In this document: piece after piece, positions 15,252-24,000 of the stretch
Numbering within the stretch: position 1 is the first letter of the stretch
Layout of the letters: each line of letters starts with the position of its first letter
Assembly: GCA_030589945.1 (NCBI GenBank)
Contig: JAUUZN010000020.1
Coordinates: forward strand, 1 to 24,000
Source: Gammaproteobacteria bacterium
GTDB taxonomy: Bacteria; Pseudomonadota; Gammaproteobacteria; Enterobacterales; GCA-2746155
Reading direction: 5' to 3'
DNA: 24,000 bases
Notes under the pieces: generated by a model
The model's database searches: none
The model's input: only the letters and a program-made list of their open reading frames with translations
Told to the model about the DNA's origin: nothing
Made by a program: the position numbers and the translations under genes

Positions 15252-17200
15252 TGAGTCCTGAAGAACTCACAGCTAAAATGTCAGATACACTCAGCGAAAA
15301 TCTGTCCGCAGATGTGCCCGAAAATGACTCGGACCATAATACTTCTGGCGGTCAAGATAACACTCTGTTGGGTGATATTGATTTTCCAGAGCATCTACGA
15401 CTATTAGATGAGTCTCAACTTCCTCAGGTTGCCGATGAACTTAGAGCATTTCTCATCGATACCATCAGTCAATCTGGAGGCCATTTTGCCGCAGGACTCG
15501 GTACTGTTGAATTAACCATCGCACTGCATTATTTACTGAATACCCCTGAAGATAGGATTGTATGGGATGTTGGACATCAAGCCTATCCGCACAAGGTTTT
15601 GACCGGTCGAAAGAGTCGTCTTAATAGCATTCGCCAGACCCATGGACTGTCACCCTTTCCAGATCCTCAAGAGAGTGCTTTTGATGCCTTCGCTGTAGGC
15701 CACTCATCGACCTCTATCAGCGCAGCTTTAGGAATGGCTATTGCCGCACGTCAACAGGGCATTGATCGCAAAGTTGTGGCTGTGATTGGTGACGGTGCAA
15801 TGACTGCAGGAATGGCATTAGAAGCGATGAACCACGCAAGTTCTTGTGGCATTAATATGCTAGTCATTCTGAACGATAATGATATGTCTATCTCAGAAAA
15901 TGTTGGAGGTTTAAACAATTACCTCTCTAGAATTTTTTCTGGCAAAACCTATGCTACCTTTAAAGATGGTCATAAAAAGGTTTTCCAAAGTCTACCAGCC
16001 GTCAATGAATTCGCCCACCGTGTTGAAGAGCACCTAAAGGGTATGGTGGTGCCAGGCACCCTGTTTGAAGAGTTAGGCTTTAACTATATTGGCCCCATTG
16101 ATGGCCATAACTTACCCATTCTTCTTAAGACCATCAGCAACATGCTGAAACTCAGTGGCTGTCAACTGCTACACATTGGCACCATAAAGGGTAAAGGCTA
16201 TGCTCCGGCTGAAGCCGATCCCATTGGTTATCATGGTGTCGTCAATTTTGACCCAACCGCCTCTTCACTACCGAAGAAAACTAATAGCACCAAAACCTAT
16301 TCGAATATATTTGGTCAGTGGCTCTGTGATATGGCAGAAAATGACCCTTTATTGGTGGGTATTACTCCCGCAATGCGTGAAGGTTCAGACATGGTGGAAT
16401 TTTCAAAAAGATTTCCCGAGCAATATTATGATGTGGCGATTGCTGAACAACATGCAGTTACGCTTGCAGCAGGTATGGCGGTTGACGGACTCAAACCCGT
16501 TGTTGCCATTTATTCCAGTTTTCTTCAACGTGGTTATGATCAGCTCATCCATGATGTTTGTTTACAAAATACCGATGTGCTGTTCGCTATCGATCGTGGT
16601 GGCATCGTCGGTGGGGATGGCGCAACTCACAATGGTGCATTCGATTTAAGTTTCTTGCGATGCATTCCCAATATCATCATCATGGCGCCAAGTGACGAAA
16701 ACGAATGTCGGCAAATGCTTTATACTGGATACAGGTATCAAGGCACAGCAGCAGTACGCTATCCACGAGGAAGTGGTCCTGGCGTTGAGGTTGAAAAAGA
16801 AATGACCGCCCTACCCATCGGTATTGGACGAATTGTGCGACAAGGTAAAAAGCTAGCGATTCTATCCTTTGGTCACCTATTACCCGATGCCTTAGCTGCA
16901 GGTGAAATACTGGGGGCAACCGTTGCTGATATGCGCTTTATTAAACCTCTGGACAAAGATTTAATCTTACAAATTATTGCGACTCACGATATTCTCATCA
17001 CCTTAGAAGAAAATACCATTATGGGTGGTGCTGGTAGTGCTGTGAATGAGTTTCTGACAACAATTGACAAGCATGTCACCGTCAAAAATTTAGGTATACC
17101 CGATCGTTTCATTGAGCACGGTAACGCACTAGATTTAAAGGCTGATATTGATTTGAATCAAGATGGAATTGTTGCCGCCGGTCAAGCCTTGCTCAAATAA
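15251..17200 (+). CDS. dxs: 1-deoxy-D-xylulose-5-phosphate synthase
   Basis: 649 aa. [34 protein letters not shown] and the ThDP motif [17 protein letters not shown]...LNDN are collinear with E. coli Dxs. The ATG overlaps the ispA TAA by 1 nt (TAATG). There is a ~28-aa N-terminal extension relative to E. coli, and Met10 is an alternative start. Confidence 0.93.
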   Translation: MSPEELTAKMSDTLSENLSADVPENDSDHNTSGGQDNTLLGDIDFPEHLRLLDESQLPQVADELRAFLIDTISQSGGHFAAGLGTVELTIALHYLLNTPEDRIVWDVGHQAYPHKVLTGRKSRLNSIRQTHGLSPFPDPQESAFDAFAVGHSSTSISAALGMAIAARQQGIDRKVVAVIGDGAMTAGMALEAMNHASSCGINMLVILNDNDMSISENVGGLNNYLSRIFSGKTYATFKDGHKKVFQSLPAVNEFAHRVEEHLKGMVVPGTLFEELGFNYIGPIDGHNLPILLKTISNMLKLSGCQLLHIGTIKGKGYAPAEADPIGYHGVVNFDPTASSLPKKTNSTKTYSNIFGQWLCDMAENDPLLVGITPAMREGSDMVEFSKRFPEQYYDVAIAEQHAVTLAAGMAVDGLKPVVAIYSSFLQRGYDQLIHDVCLQNTDVLFAIDRGGIVGGDGATHNGAFDLSFLRCIPNIIIMAPSDENECRQMLYTGYRYQGTAAVRYPRGSGPGVEVEKEMTALPIGIGRIVRQGKKLAILSFGHLLPDALAAGEILGATVADMRFIKPLDKDLILQIIATHDILITLEENTIMGGAGSAVNEFLTTIDKHVTVKNLGIPDRFIEHGNALDLKADIDLNQDGIVAAGQALLK

Positions 17201-17249
17201 AAAAGACATTAATTGATCAATAATCTTAGCAACTAACTAATCATTTATC

Positions 17250-18689
17250 TTAAGCAAAAGCCTGAATACAATAGCTCAAGATTAATCCCGGAAATAAACC
17301 CAGTCCAATCATTGCTAGACCATTGATACTGAGCGCAACTTTCATTTCCATATCTGCTTTCAGAGGCGTCTCGTTTTCTGGCTTATCAAAGAAAATTACC
17401 TTGGCGATCCGCAAGTATACAAAGGCACCAATAATGGAATAAACCATGGCCAGAACAGCTAACCACATCAGACCGTTGTCGGCATGAATAAGCGCAAGAA
17501 TGACTTGTAGTTTTGGCCAGAAACCAATGAACGGAGGCACACCTGCCATAGACATAATCGTCATCAACATCATCAATGCAAACCATGGGCTGCGTTGCCA
17601 AAGGCCTTTGAAATCATCCAAATTATCACATTCATAGCCCGCACGGCTCATGAAGATGATCATGCCAAAACCGGCAATGGTGGTTAGTGCATAGATGAGG
17701 ATATAAAACATTGAAGCGCTGTAGCCTTCATTTGTGCCGGCAATAATTCCGAGTAAGAAATATCCCATATGGGCAATTGCTGAATAGGCTAATAATCGCT
17801 TGGTATTGCTTTGAGCGATTGCGGTGATATTACCCAGACCCATCGACAAGACACTTAAAATGATCAACATCATCACCCAATGGGACTGTAATTCTGGTAG
17901 CGCCTGAACCAAGAGACGCATAATCATGCCAAAGGCTGCAATCTTAGGAACCGAACCAATAAAGGCCGTAACCGAAGTAGGTGCCCCTTGATAAACATCT
18001 GGAAGCCACATATGAAAAGGCACGGCACCTATCTTGAAGGCAAGTCCACAAACAATAAACACTAGACCTAATGCATAGAGTAAGTTATTTTCTGGGCTCT
18101 CAGAAATAACATTGGCAATTTCATCAATGTTTACACTTCCCGTCATACCGTAAACCAGAGACATGCCGTAGAGTAAGAATCCTGATGCCATTGCACCCAT
18201 TACAAAATATTTAATAGCGGCTTCACTGGCTAGACGTGAATCGCGATGACAGGCAACCAGGGCGTAACTAGACAGGGACATCAGTTCGAGACCCAGATAG
18301 ATGGTCAAGAAACTGTGGGCTGAAACGAGAATACTGGCACCTAAGGTGGCAAAGATGATCAGCATATAATACTCACCACGGAGTATTTCTCTGTCATTGA
18401 TGTATGGCTTAGAATATACCAGTACTAAGAAGCCTACAGCAAAGATCGCTATCTTTAACATAATGGCCATATCGTCTAATACAAAGGTTCCTGCGTAAGC
18501 AACGATTGATTCACCGCCCAATTGTCCGACGGTCAAATAAATACCACCCAACAAGGCCAATTGACTAAGCCAATAAGTGAGCTTGTGCTCTTTATCCGTA
18601 ACAAATAAATCAGTAACCAAAACCACGCAGGCCATGATTAGCATGAATATCTCTGTCGCCAGTGGGGCGAGATCCGGTGTTTCAAACAT
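17250..18689 (-). CDS. nuoN: NADH-quinone oxidoreductase subunit N
   Basis: This is a polytopic antiporter-like subunit and the last gene of the nuoH-N series. The ORF track starts at TTG 18698, but ATG at 18689 gives MFETPDLAPLATEIF.. and forms a TGATG stop/start overlap with nuoM, so I prefer that start. Confidence 0.88.
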   Translation of the reverse strand: MFETPDLAPLATEIFMLIMACVVLVTDLFVTDKEHKLTYWLSQLALLGGIYLTVGQLGGESIVAYAGTFVLDDMAIMLKIAIFAVGFLVLVYSKPYINDREILRGEYYMLIIFATLGASILVSAHSFLTIYLGLELMSLSSYALVACHRDSRLASEAAIKYFVMGAMASGFLLYGMSLVYGMTGSVNIDEIANVISESPENNLLYALGLVFIVCGLAFKIGAVPFHMWLPDVYQGAPTSVTAFIGSVPKIAAFGMIMRLLVQALPELQSHWVMMLIILSVLSMGLGNITAIAQSNTKRLLAYSAIAHMGYFLLGIIAGTNEGYSASMFYILIYALTTIAGFGMIIFMSRAGYECDNLDDFKGLWQRSPWFALMMLMTIMSMAGVPPFIGFWPKLQVILALIHADNGLMWLAVLAMVYSIIGAFVYLRIAKVIFFDKPENETPLKADMEMKVALSINGLAMIGLGLFPGLILSYCIQAFA

Positions 18690-20227
18690 CAGGAACAAAC
18701 TCCGCTAACAACTGCATCAGGCAGCTTTGACTGTAATCCACACTCCAGTAGGTTCACAACTGAAGCATCCATAATTTCTACCAATGGTGCTGGATAAAGA
18801 CCAAAACCCAGTACCATTATGGCCAGTGCGATAAACACAATGGTTTCTCTCATATTAATGTCTTCAAGCTCAGCAACCTTGTCATTGCCAACATCACCGA
18901 AAATGACTCGCTTGTACATCCAGAGACTATAAGCTGCACCAAGAATTAAAGTGGCTCCTGCCAAAAATGCATACCAGAAGTTTGCTTGGAAGGCAGCGAG
19001 GATCACCATGAATTCACCGACGAATCCAGACGTTCCAGGTAGACCACTATTAGCCATGGCAAAGAGCATGAAAAATGCTGCAAACTTAGGCATGGTATTG
19101 GCAACACCACCATAATCGCTGATATTGCGACTGTGCAGACGGTCGTATAAAACACCGACACATAAAAATAGCGCCGCTGAAATAAAGCCGTGAGAAATCA
19201 TTTGAATTAATGCGCCCTGCATACCGAGTTCGGCGGCCATCTGATGGTCACTGCTCATTAGGCCCATTGCGATGAAAAATCCTAAGGTGACAAAACCCAT
19301 ATGGGCAATGGATGAATAAGCAATCAGCTTTTTCATGTCTTCTTGCACCAGTGCCACAAGTCCGATGTAAACAACGGCGATGAGCGACAACACAATCATT
19401 AAAAATGCGTACTCGGTGGCAGCATCTGGCGTAATGGGTAAACTAAAACGGATAAAACCGTAGGTTCCCATTTTCAACATGATTGCCGCAAGTATTACCG
19501 AACCACCGGTTGGCGCTTCTACGTGTGCATCGGGTAGCCAAGTATGGACCGGAAACATTGGCACTTTAACAGCAAAGGCTATGAGGAAAGCAAAGAAGAT
19601 TAACGTTTGCGCTTCCATGGGTAAGCTCAGTTGTTGCATGTCTGCAATAGCAAAGCTATCGCCAATGACACCCATGTAAATGAGGGCAAGTAGCATGAAC
19701 ACTGAACCTAAAAAGGTGTATAAAAAGAACTTGATGGTTGCGTAGACTCTATTAGGTCCACCCCAAATACCAATGATTAGAAACATTGGAATAAGCATGC
19801 CTTCCCAGAAAACATAAAACAAGATACTGTCGAGTGATGCGAAAACGCCATTCATTAACCCTTCCATGATCAGGAAGGCCGCCATATATTGACCGGGGCG
19901 CTTTTGAATAACATCCCATCCTGCAATAACGACAAGCACCATTGAGAAGCTTGTTAGGATGATCAGTGGCATTGAAAAACCATCGACACCCAGACTGTAG
20001 TTAATATTGAGCGAGGGCACCCATTTGGCAAACTCGACAAATTGCATTTCAGCTGTACCGGTTACAAACCCCGTATAGAGCGGAACGCATAGCAGTAATG
20101 TGCCAACTGAAACGAGTAAGGCAATGGTTTTTGATAATCCTGGATTCTTATCACCCAGCAATAACAGTGCAAAAGCTCCGATGATGGGAACCCAAATGAG
20201 TAAACTTAATAGTGGCAATTCAGTCAT
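18689..20227 (-). CDS. nuoM: NADH-quinone oxidoreductase subunit M
   Basis: 512-aa antiporter-like subunit. Conserved segments include ..FPVHTWLPDAHVEAPTGGSVILAAIMLKMGTYG.. and its position is between nuoL and nuoN. Confidence 0.92.
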   Translation of the reverse strand: MTELPLLSLLIWVPIIGAFALLLLGDKNPGLSKTIALLVSVGTLLLCVPLYTGFVTGTAEMQFVEFAKWVPSLNINYSLGVDGFSMPLIILTSFSMVLVVIAGWDVIQKRPGQYMAAFLIMEGLMNGVFASLDSILFYVFWEGMLIPMFLIIGIWGGPNRVYATIKFFLYTFLGSVFMLLALIYMGVIGDSFAIADMQQLSLPMEAQTLIFFAFLIAFAVKVPMFPVHTWLPDAHVEAPTGGSVILAAIMLKMGTYGFIRFSLPITPDAATEYAFLMIVLSLIAVVYIGLVALVQEDMKKLIAYSSIAHMGFVTLGFFIAMGLMSSDHQMAAELGMQGALIQMISHGFISAALFLCVGVLYDRLHSRNISDYGGVANTMPKFAAFFMLFAMANSGLPGTSGFVGEFMVILAAFQANFWYAFLAGATLILGAAYSLWMYKRVIFGDVGNDKVAELEDINMRETIVFIALAIMVLGFGLYPAPLVEIMDASVVNLLECGLQSKLPDAVVSGVCS

Positions 20228-20281
20228 AGTGAATTGTTCTCTTTTCCTATGTTTGTGCTAAAAAAATATGCTATTAAAAAT

Positions 20282-20324
20282 ACCTTGGTACTCTTTAACC
20301 TTGGTAACTTCTTAACCTTGATAA
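20282..20324 (-). repeat. Three closely spaced copies of the nuoL 3'-terminal sequence (coding strand TA[T/C]CAAGGT[T/A]A)
   Basis: On the plus strand, accttggta (20282-20290), aaccttggtaa (20297-20307) and aaccttgataa (20314-20324) are spaced 15 and 17 nt apart. The third copy contains the last codons and the stop of nuoL (..TAT CAA GGT TAA). Confidence 0.45.
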
Positions 20325-22276
20325 ACAAGCCAACCAAGAAAACATACAAGTCCAATTATCATGGTGAAGGCGTAATGGTAAAGTTGGCCTGTCTGAAGCT
20401 TTCTCATCAAACTAGCAAAAATACCGACTGTTTTAGCCGTTCCATTCACCATCATTCCATCAATCAATCTTTGATCGCCGTGCTTCCATAATTGATTACC
20501 CAACTTGACCAAGCCATTGGCAAATACGGTCTGATTGAAATCATCAAAATAATATTTATTGACCAGCACGGTATGCAGTCCCTTGAAACGATTTTCCAAC
20601 GTCTGAGGAATATCGGGTCGTTTAATGTATAGGAACCAGGCCGTTACCACGCCACCCAGTGCCAGATAGAAGACTGGATTGCTGAATGCATGCAGTGCGA
20701 AAGAAACAGGGCCATGCCATTCTTTGCCAATTTCACTCAGTACATCATGCTCAGGCAGTACTTTGATGACACCATCGAAGAAACTACCAAATAACATATC
20801 ACCCGTTGTGAACCAGGCGATACCCACCGAGGGTATGGCCAATAAGATGAGAGGCAATGTCACAACCAAGGGTGATTCATGCAAATGTTCACGGGTATGA
20901 TCATCAAACCGTTCATTGGAATGAAACACCATAAAGAATAATCTAAAGCTGTAAAGCGCGGTAATAAAGACACCAATGAGTACCGCATAGTAAGCGTAGG
21001 TTGAAGCGAGTCCTAAGGTACCGTGCTGCGCTGCAAGAATGATCACATCCTTTGAATAATACCCTGAAAACAGTGGCGTTCCGATAAGCGCTAATGAACC
21101 AATTAATGAAGTGATCCAAGTGATGGGCATGTACTTGTAGAGTCCACCCATCTTGCGCATGTCCTGCTCATGGTGCATGCCGATGATCACAGAACCTGCT
21201 GCTAAAAATAGTAATGCTTTGAAAAATGCGTGAGTCATTAGATGGAATACACCAACTGCATAGGCCGATGATCCTAGTGCTACCACCATGTAACCCAATT
21301 GAGAAAGTGTTGAATAGGCGACCACTCGTTTAATATCATTTTGGACGAGGCCAAGAAACCCCATAAATAATGCCGTTGTTGCACCAATCACCAGAATGAA
21401 AGCAAGAGCCGTTTCAGAATATTCAAATAGCGGTGACATACGTGCCACCATGAATACACCCGCCGTTACCATGGTCGCTGCGTGAATGAGTGCAGATATG
21501 GGTGTTGGTCCTTCCATTGAATCAGGGAGCCATACGTGGAGTGGAACCTGTGCAGATTTACCCATGGCACCAATGAATAGACAAATACAAATGGCCGTCA
21601 TTGCAGACCATTCGCTACCATTAATCACATCAAAGGTTGGCTCTGTTGCTGCGAAAGCTTCAACCTTTCCAAAGACCGTAGCGTAATCAAGGCTGTTGAA
21701 GAAATAAAGTACGCCGGCAATACCAAGTAAGAATCCAAAATCACCCACTCGGTTGACTAAAAATGCTTTTAGGTTGGCGTAAATTGCGGTGTCTTTTTTA
21801 TACCAGAAACCAATTAATAGATAGGAGACAAGTCCTACAGCTTCCCAACCAAAGAACAATTGTAGGAAGTTGTTGGACATAACTAGCATTAACATGGCAA
21901 AGGTAAACAGAGAAATGTAGCTGAAGAATCGTTGATAACCGGGATCGTCCTTCATGTAACCAATGGTATAGATGTGAACCATCAGTGATACAAAGGTCAC
22001 CACAACCATCATCATCGCTGTTAAATTATCGACTAAAAAGCCAACCTCAAGTGTTAAATCTCCAACAACTGCCCAGGTATAAACCGTTGCATTGTAGGCT
22101 TCTCCGCCATCAACGAGCAGGTACTTCAGTACGAACATTGAAGCTATTGTTGAAAAACCAACGCCTGCAATGGTGACTACATGTGAACCAGCACGCCCTA
22201 TTTGCCGACCAAAAAGGCCTGCAACAATGGCACCGATGAGTGGTGCAAGTGCAATCCAGAGATAATATTTTTCCAT
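20312..22276 (-). CDS. nuoL: NADH-quinone oxidoreductase subunit L
   Basis: This is the antiporter-like subunit with the long C-terminal extension, and it contains ..VPLHVWLPDSMEGPTPISALIHAATMVTAGVF... The ORF-track start (22327) runs 35 nt into nuoK. ATG at 22276 (MEKYYLWIALAPLIGAIVAGLFG) begins 16 nt after the nuoK stop and matches typical NuoL N-termini. Confidence 0.9.
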   Translation of the reverse strand: MEKYYLWIALAPLIGAIVAGLFGRQIGRAGSHVVTIAGVGFSTIASMFVLKYLLVDGGEAYNATVYTWAVVGDLTLEVGFLVDNLTAMMMVVVTFVSLMVHIYTIGYMKDDPGYQRFFSYISLFTFAMLMLVMSNNFLQLFFGWEAVGLVSYLLIGFWYKKDTAIYANLKAFLVNRVGDFGFLLGIAGVLYFFNSLDYATVFGKVEAFAATEPTFDVINGSEWSAMTAICICLFIGAMGKSAQVPLHVWLPDSMEGPTPISALIHAATMVTAGVFMVARMSPLFEYSETALAFILVIGATTALFMGFLGLVQNDIKRVVAYSTLSQLGYMVVALGSSAYAVGVFHLMTHAFFKALLFLAAGSVIIGMHHEQDMRKMGGLYKYMPITWITSLIGSLALIGTPLFSGYYSKDVIILAAQHGTLGLASTYAYYAVLIGVFITALYSFRLFFMVFHSNERFDDHTREHLHESPLVVTLPLILLAIPSVGIAWFTTGDMLFGSFFDGVIKVLPEHDVLSEIGKEWHGPVSFALHAFSNPVFYLALGGVVTAWFLYIKRPDIPQTLENRFKGLHTVLVNKYYFDDFNQTVFANGLVKLGNQLWKHGDQRLIDGMMVNGTAKTVGIFASLMRKLQTGQLYHYAFTMIIGLVCFLGWLVYQG

Positions 22277-22292
22277 CTTCTGTATGTCCGCC

Positions 22293-22598
22293 CTAGCCTT
22301 GCAATGAGTCCAGCTCTTCAACATCAATGGTTTTACGATTTCTAAAGACTAGTAATAAAATCGCCAAACCAATTGCTGCTTCTGCTGCTGCAACTGTGAG
22401 AATAAAAAATACAAATACCTGTCCAACCGGATCATCAAGGAACCGTGAAAAGGCAATAAAATTAGTATTAACCGCGAGCAGCATCAGCTCGATACTCATC
22501 AGCAAAGTGATGATGTTCTTACGATTAAGGATGATACCGGCAATGCCTACGGTAAATAGCACGGCACTGACAACAAGATAGTCTGATAGGGCAATCAT
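22293..22598 (-). CDS. nuoK: NADH-quinone oxidoreductase subunit K
   Basis: 101 aa with three TM segments, including ..[12 protein letters not shown].. and ..[17 protein letters not shown]... It has an ATGA start/stop overlap with nuoJ. Confidence 0.92.
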   Translation of the reverse strand: MIALSDYLVVSAVLFTVGIAGIILNRKNIITLLMSIELMLLAVNTNFIAFSRFLDDPVGQVFVFFILTVAAAEAAIGLAILLLVFRNRKTIDVEELDSLQG

Positions 22599-23206
22599 TC
22601 GCTTGCTCCTTCTGATTTCATCTTGACGATACGTAATCGGTCTTCTTTCATAACACTGACCTGATGATCGACATTCTGTGTTTTGTTGCCTTCACGCTTA
22701 CCACGAAATGCCAAGCTGATTGCTGCAATCATCGCAACCATTAATATCAGCGCTGCTATCTCAAAAGGATAAAAATAATGGGTGTAGAGCAACATGCCTA
22801 ATTCAGTCACACTGCTGTAATCTGCAGGATGTGGTGGTGGAACTGGAAAGGCTTCAGGCCCAAATGCATCGGTACCCAATACCCGAAATAGCACATAGAG
22901 AAGTGCCCCTGAGACGACAATACCGATAGGCAAATACTTGGTAAAACCCTGTCTTAATTCTGCAAAGTCGACATCGAGCATCATCACTACAAATAAGAAC
23001 AGCACCATAACTGCGCCCACATAAACAAGTATGAGTAATATCGCCAAAAACTCAGCTTCGAGCAGCATCCAAATACAGGCAGCATAAAAGAAGGTCAGTA
23101 TTAAGAACATCACAGCACGCACGGAGTTCTTAGAACTAATGACCATCAATGCTGAAGCAATGAGCAGCACCGAGCAGGCATAAAATATAATTTGTTCAAT
23201 CGTCAT
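22595..23206 (-). CDS. nuoJ: NADH-quinone oxidoreductase subunit J
   Basis: 203-aa hydrophobic protein positioned between nuoI and nuoK. It has typical NuoJ segments (..[27 protein letters not shown]..). Confidence 0.9.
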   Translation of the reverse strand: MTIEQIIFYACSVLLIASALMVISSKNSVRAVMFLILTFFYAACIWMLLEAEFLAILLILVYVGAVMVLFLFVVMMLDVDFAELRQGFTKYLPIGIVVSGALLYVLFRVLGTDAFGPEAFPVPPPHPADYSSVTELGMLLYTHYFYPFEIAALILMVAMIAAISLAFRGKREGNKTQNVDHQVSVMKEDRLRIVKMKSEGASE

Positions 23207-23222
23207 TTCTATTTCCTGTCAG

Positions 23223-23714
23223 TTACCGGTAAGGGATATCAGCTTCTAAATCTGCAGCCAACTGATCTTCGTATTTATCACCGATTGCCAGTAACTCTTC
23301 TTTGGTCATAATATTTTCGCCACGATTTTCAAAATGATATTCAAAAACACGTGTTTCAACAATTGAGTCCACTGGGCAAGATTCCACACAGTAGCCACAA
23401 TAAATACACTTAAACATGTCAATTTCGTAGCGCGTGGTTCTACGAGTGCCATCATCTGCACGAGGACCGGCCTCAATGGTGATTGCAAGCGCAGGGCATA
23501 CGGCTTCACACAATTTGCAAGCAATGCAACGCTCTTCTCCATCTGGATAACGTCTTAAGGCATGCAGCCCACGAAAACGATGGGACTGGGGCGTTTTTTC
23601 TTCGGGATATTGAACCGTGACTTTTTTCACGATCATATGACGCCCCGTCACGCCCAAGCCTTTACGCAACTCTGAGAGAGAAAATGTTTTAAATAAACGT
23701 TTTATAAAACTCAT
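23223..23714 (-). CDS. nuoI: NADH-quinone oxidoreductase subunit I (2x[4Fe-4S] ferredoxin-type)
   Basis: 163 aa with two CxxCxxCxxxCP motifs ([12 protein letters not shown] and [12 protein letters not shown]). Position and length fit NuoI. Confidence 0.93.
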   Translation of the reverse strand: MSFIKRLFKTFSLSELRKGLGVTGRHMIVKKVTVQYPEEKTPQSHRFRGLHALRRYPDGEERCIACKLCEAVCPALAITIEAGPRADDGTRRTTRYEIDMFKCIYCGYCVESCPVDSIVETRVFEYHFENRGENIMTKEELLAIGDKYEDQLAADLEADIPYR

Positions 23715-23759
23715 AATTCAATTGCTCTTTCTTTATTCCAAGGACTTATGCCAAGGACA

Positions 23760-24000
23760 TTAATACCAAGGACCAAAACCGGTTTTCGCCATGATTGCAA
23801 CAATCACTAACCAGAATATAGTCACAGGAATAAGTACCTTCCAGCCAAGCCGCATGATTTGATCATAACGATAACGTGGAAATGTTGCTCTCAACCAAAG
23901 CATTCCAAAGAGGAAGACAGCTGCTTTTGAAAGTAACCAAATGGTGCCTGGCACCCAAGAAAACAGACCTTCTAATACGGGTATTCCTTGGAAGGGTGAT
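23760..24000 (-). CDS. nuoH: NADH-quinone oxidoreductase subunit H, C-terminal part (5' end outside the window)
   Basis: The reading frame stays open to the window edge; upstream of the track's GTG at 23954 it still reads ..[15 protein letters not shown]... The C-terminus ..[23 protein letters not shown].. matches the conserved NuoH/ND1 end. Confidence 0.85.
   Translation of the reverse strand, partial: SPFQGIPVLEGLFSWVPGTIWLLSKAAVFLFGMLWLRATFPRYRYDQIMRLGWKVLIPVTIFWLVIVAIMAKTGFGPWY

Noticed and set aside
17208-17224. AT-rich palindrome attaaTTGATCAAtaat between convergent dxs and nuoN, considered as a bidirectional terminator
   Set aside because: The stem is almost all A/T and has an internal mismatch, with no flanking T-tracts. 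It is too weak to call a terminator.
18690-18698. TTG start for nuoN at 18698
   Set aside because: ATG at 18689 forms a classical TGATG overlap with the nuoM stop and gives a typical NuoN N-terminus. The TTG adds only MFL.
22277-22327. Longer nuoL start overlapping nuoK by 35 nt ([17 protein letters not shown]...)
   Set aside because: The extra residues are not NuoL-like. The internal ATG at 22276 yields a typical NuoL N-terminus just after the nuoK stop.
1-24000. Mobile elements, CRISPR arrays, tRNA/rRNA genes, toxin-antitoxin pairs or defence systems
   Set aside because: I saw no repeat-spacer periodicity, terminal inverted repeats, integrase/transposase-like ORFs or tRNA-like GC-rich cloverleaf segments in any intergenic region. 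All gaps over 80 nt are AT-rich promoter-like spacers.

Overview
This AT-rich window looks like core chromosome of a flagellated gammaproteobacterium; the taxon is an inference from protein similarity and synteny. I found no rRNA or tRNA genes, CRISPR arrays, transposases, integrases or phage genes. I cannot point to a clear new multi-gene system, and most of the window is ordinary housekeeping sequence.

Gene order:
- lemA (3' end) and a long M48/HtpX-like protease
- moaA, convergent with rmuC
- xthA, a FemAB-like/DUF482 protein, and a YfcG-like GST
- On the minus strand: pomA, pomB, two half-size PqiA/LetA-type genes, and a 1001-aa LetB-like protein with eight MCE domains
- xseB, ispA and dxs, divergent from pomA (the same arrangement as in Vibrio)
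- On the minus strand: nuoH (partial), nuoI, nuoJ, nuoK, nuoL, nuoM and nuoN

I corrected three ORF-track starts from homology and overlap logic: xthA to 4883, nuoL to 22276 and nuoN to 18689.

Worth a second look:
1. The Let-like lipid-transport locus. LetA is split into two zinc-ribbon-bearing halves, LetB has eight MCE domains in an alternating A/B pattern, and the locus lies directly downstream of and co-directional with the pomAB stator genes.
2. The LemA plus M48 protease pair, where the protease carries a C-terminal extension of about 325 aa of unknown function.

Smaller observations are a 28-codon MCP-like N-terminal ORF, abutting convergent stop codons, short tandem duplications in pomB and after nuoL, an acidic Dxs N-terminal extension, and an 18-bp palindrome in the pomA/xseB divergent region.
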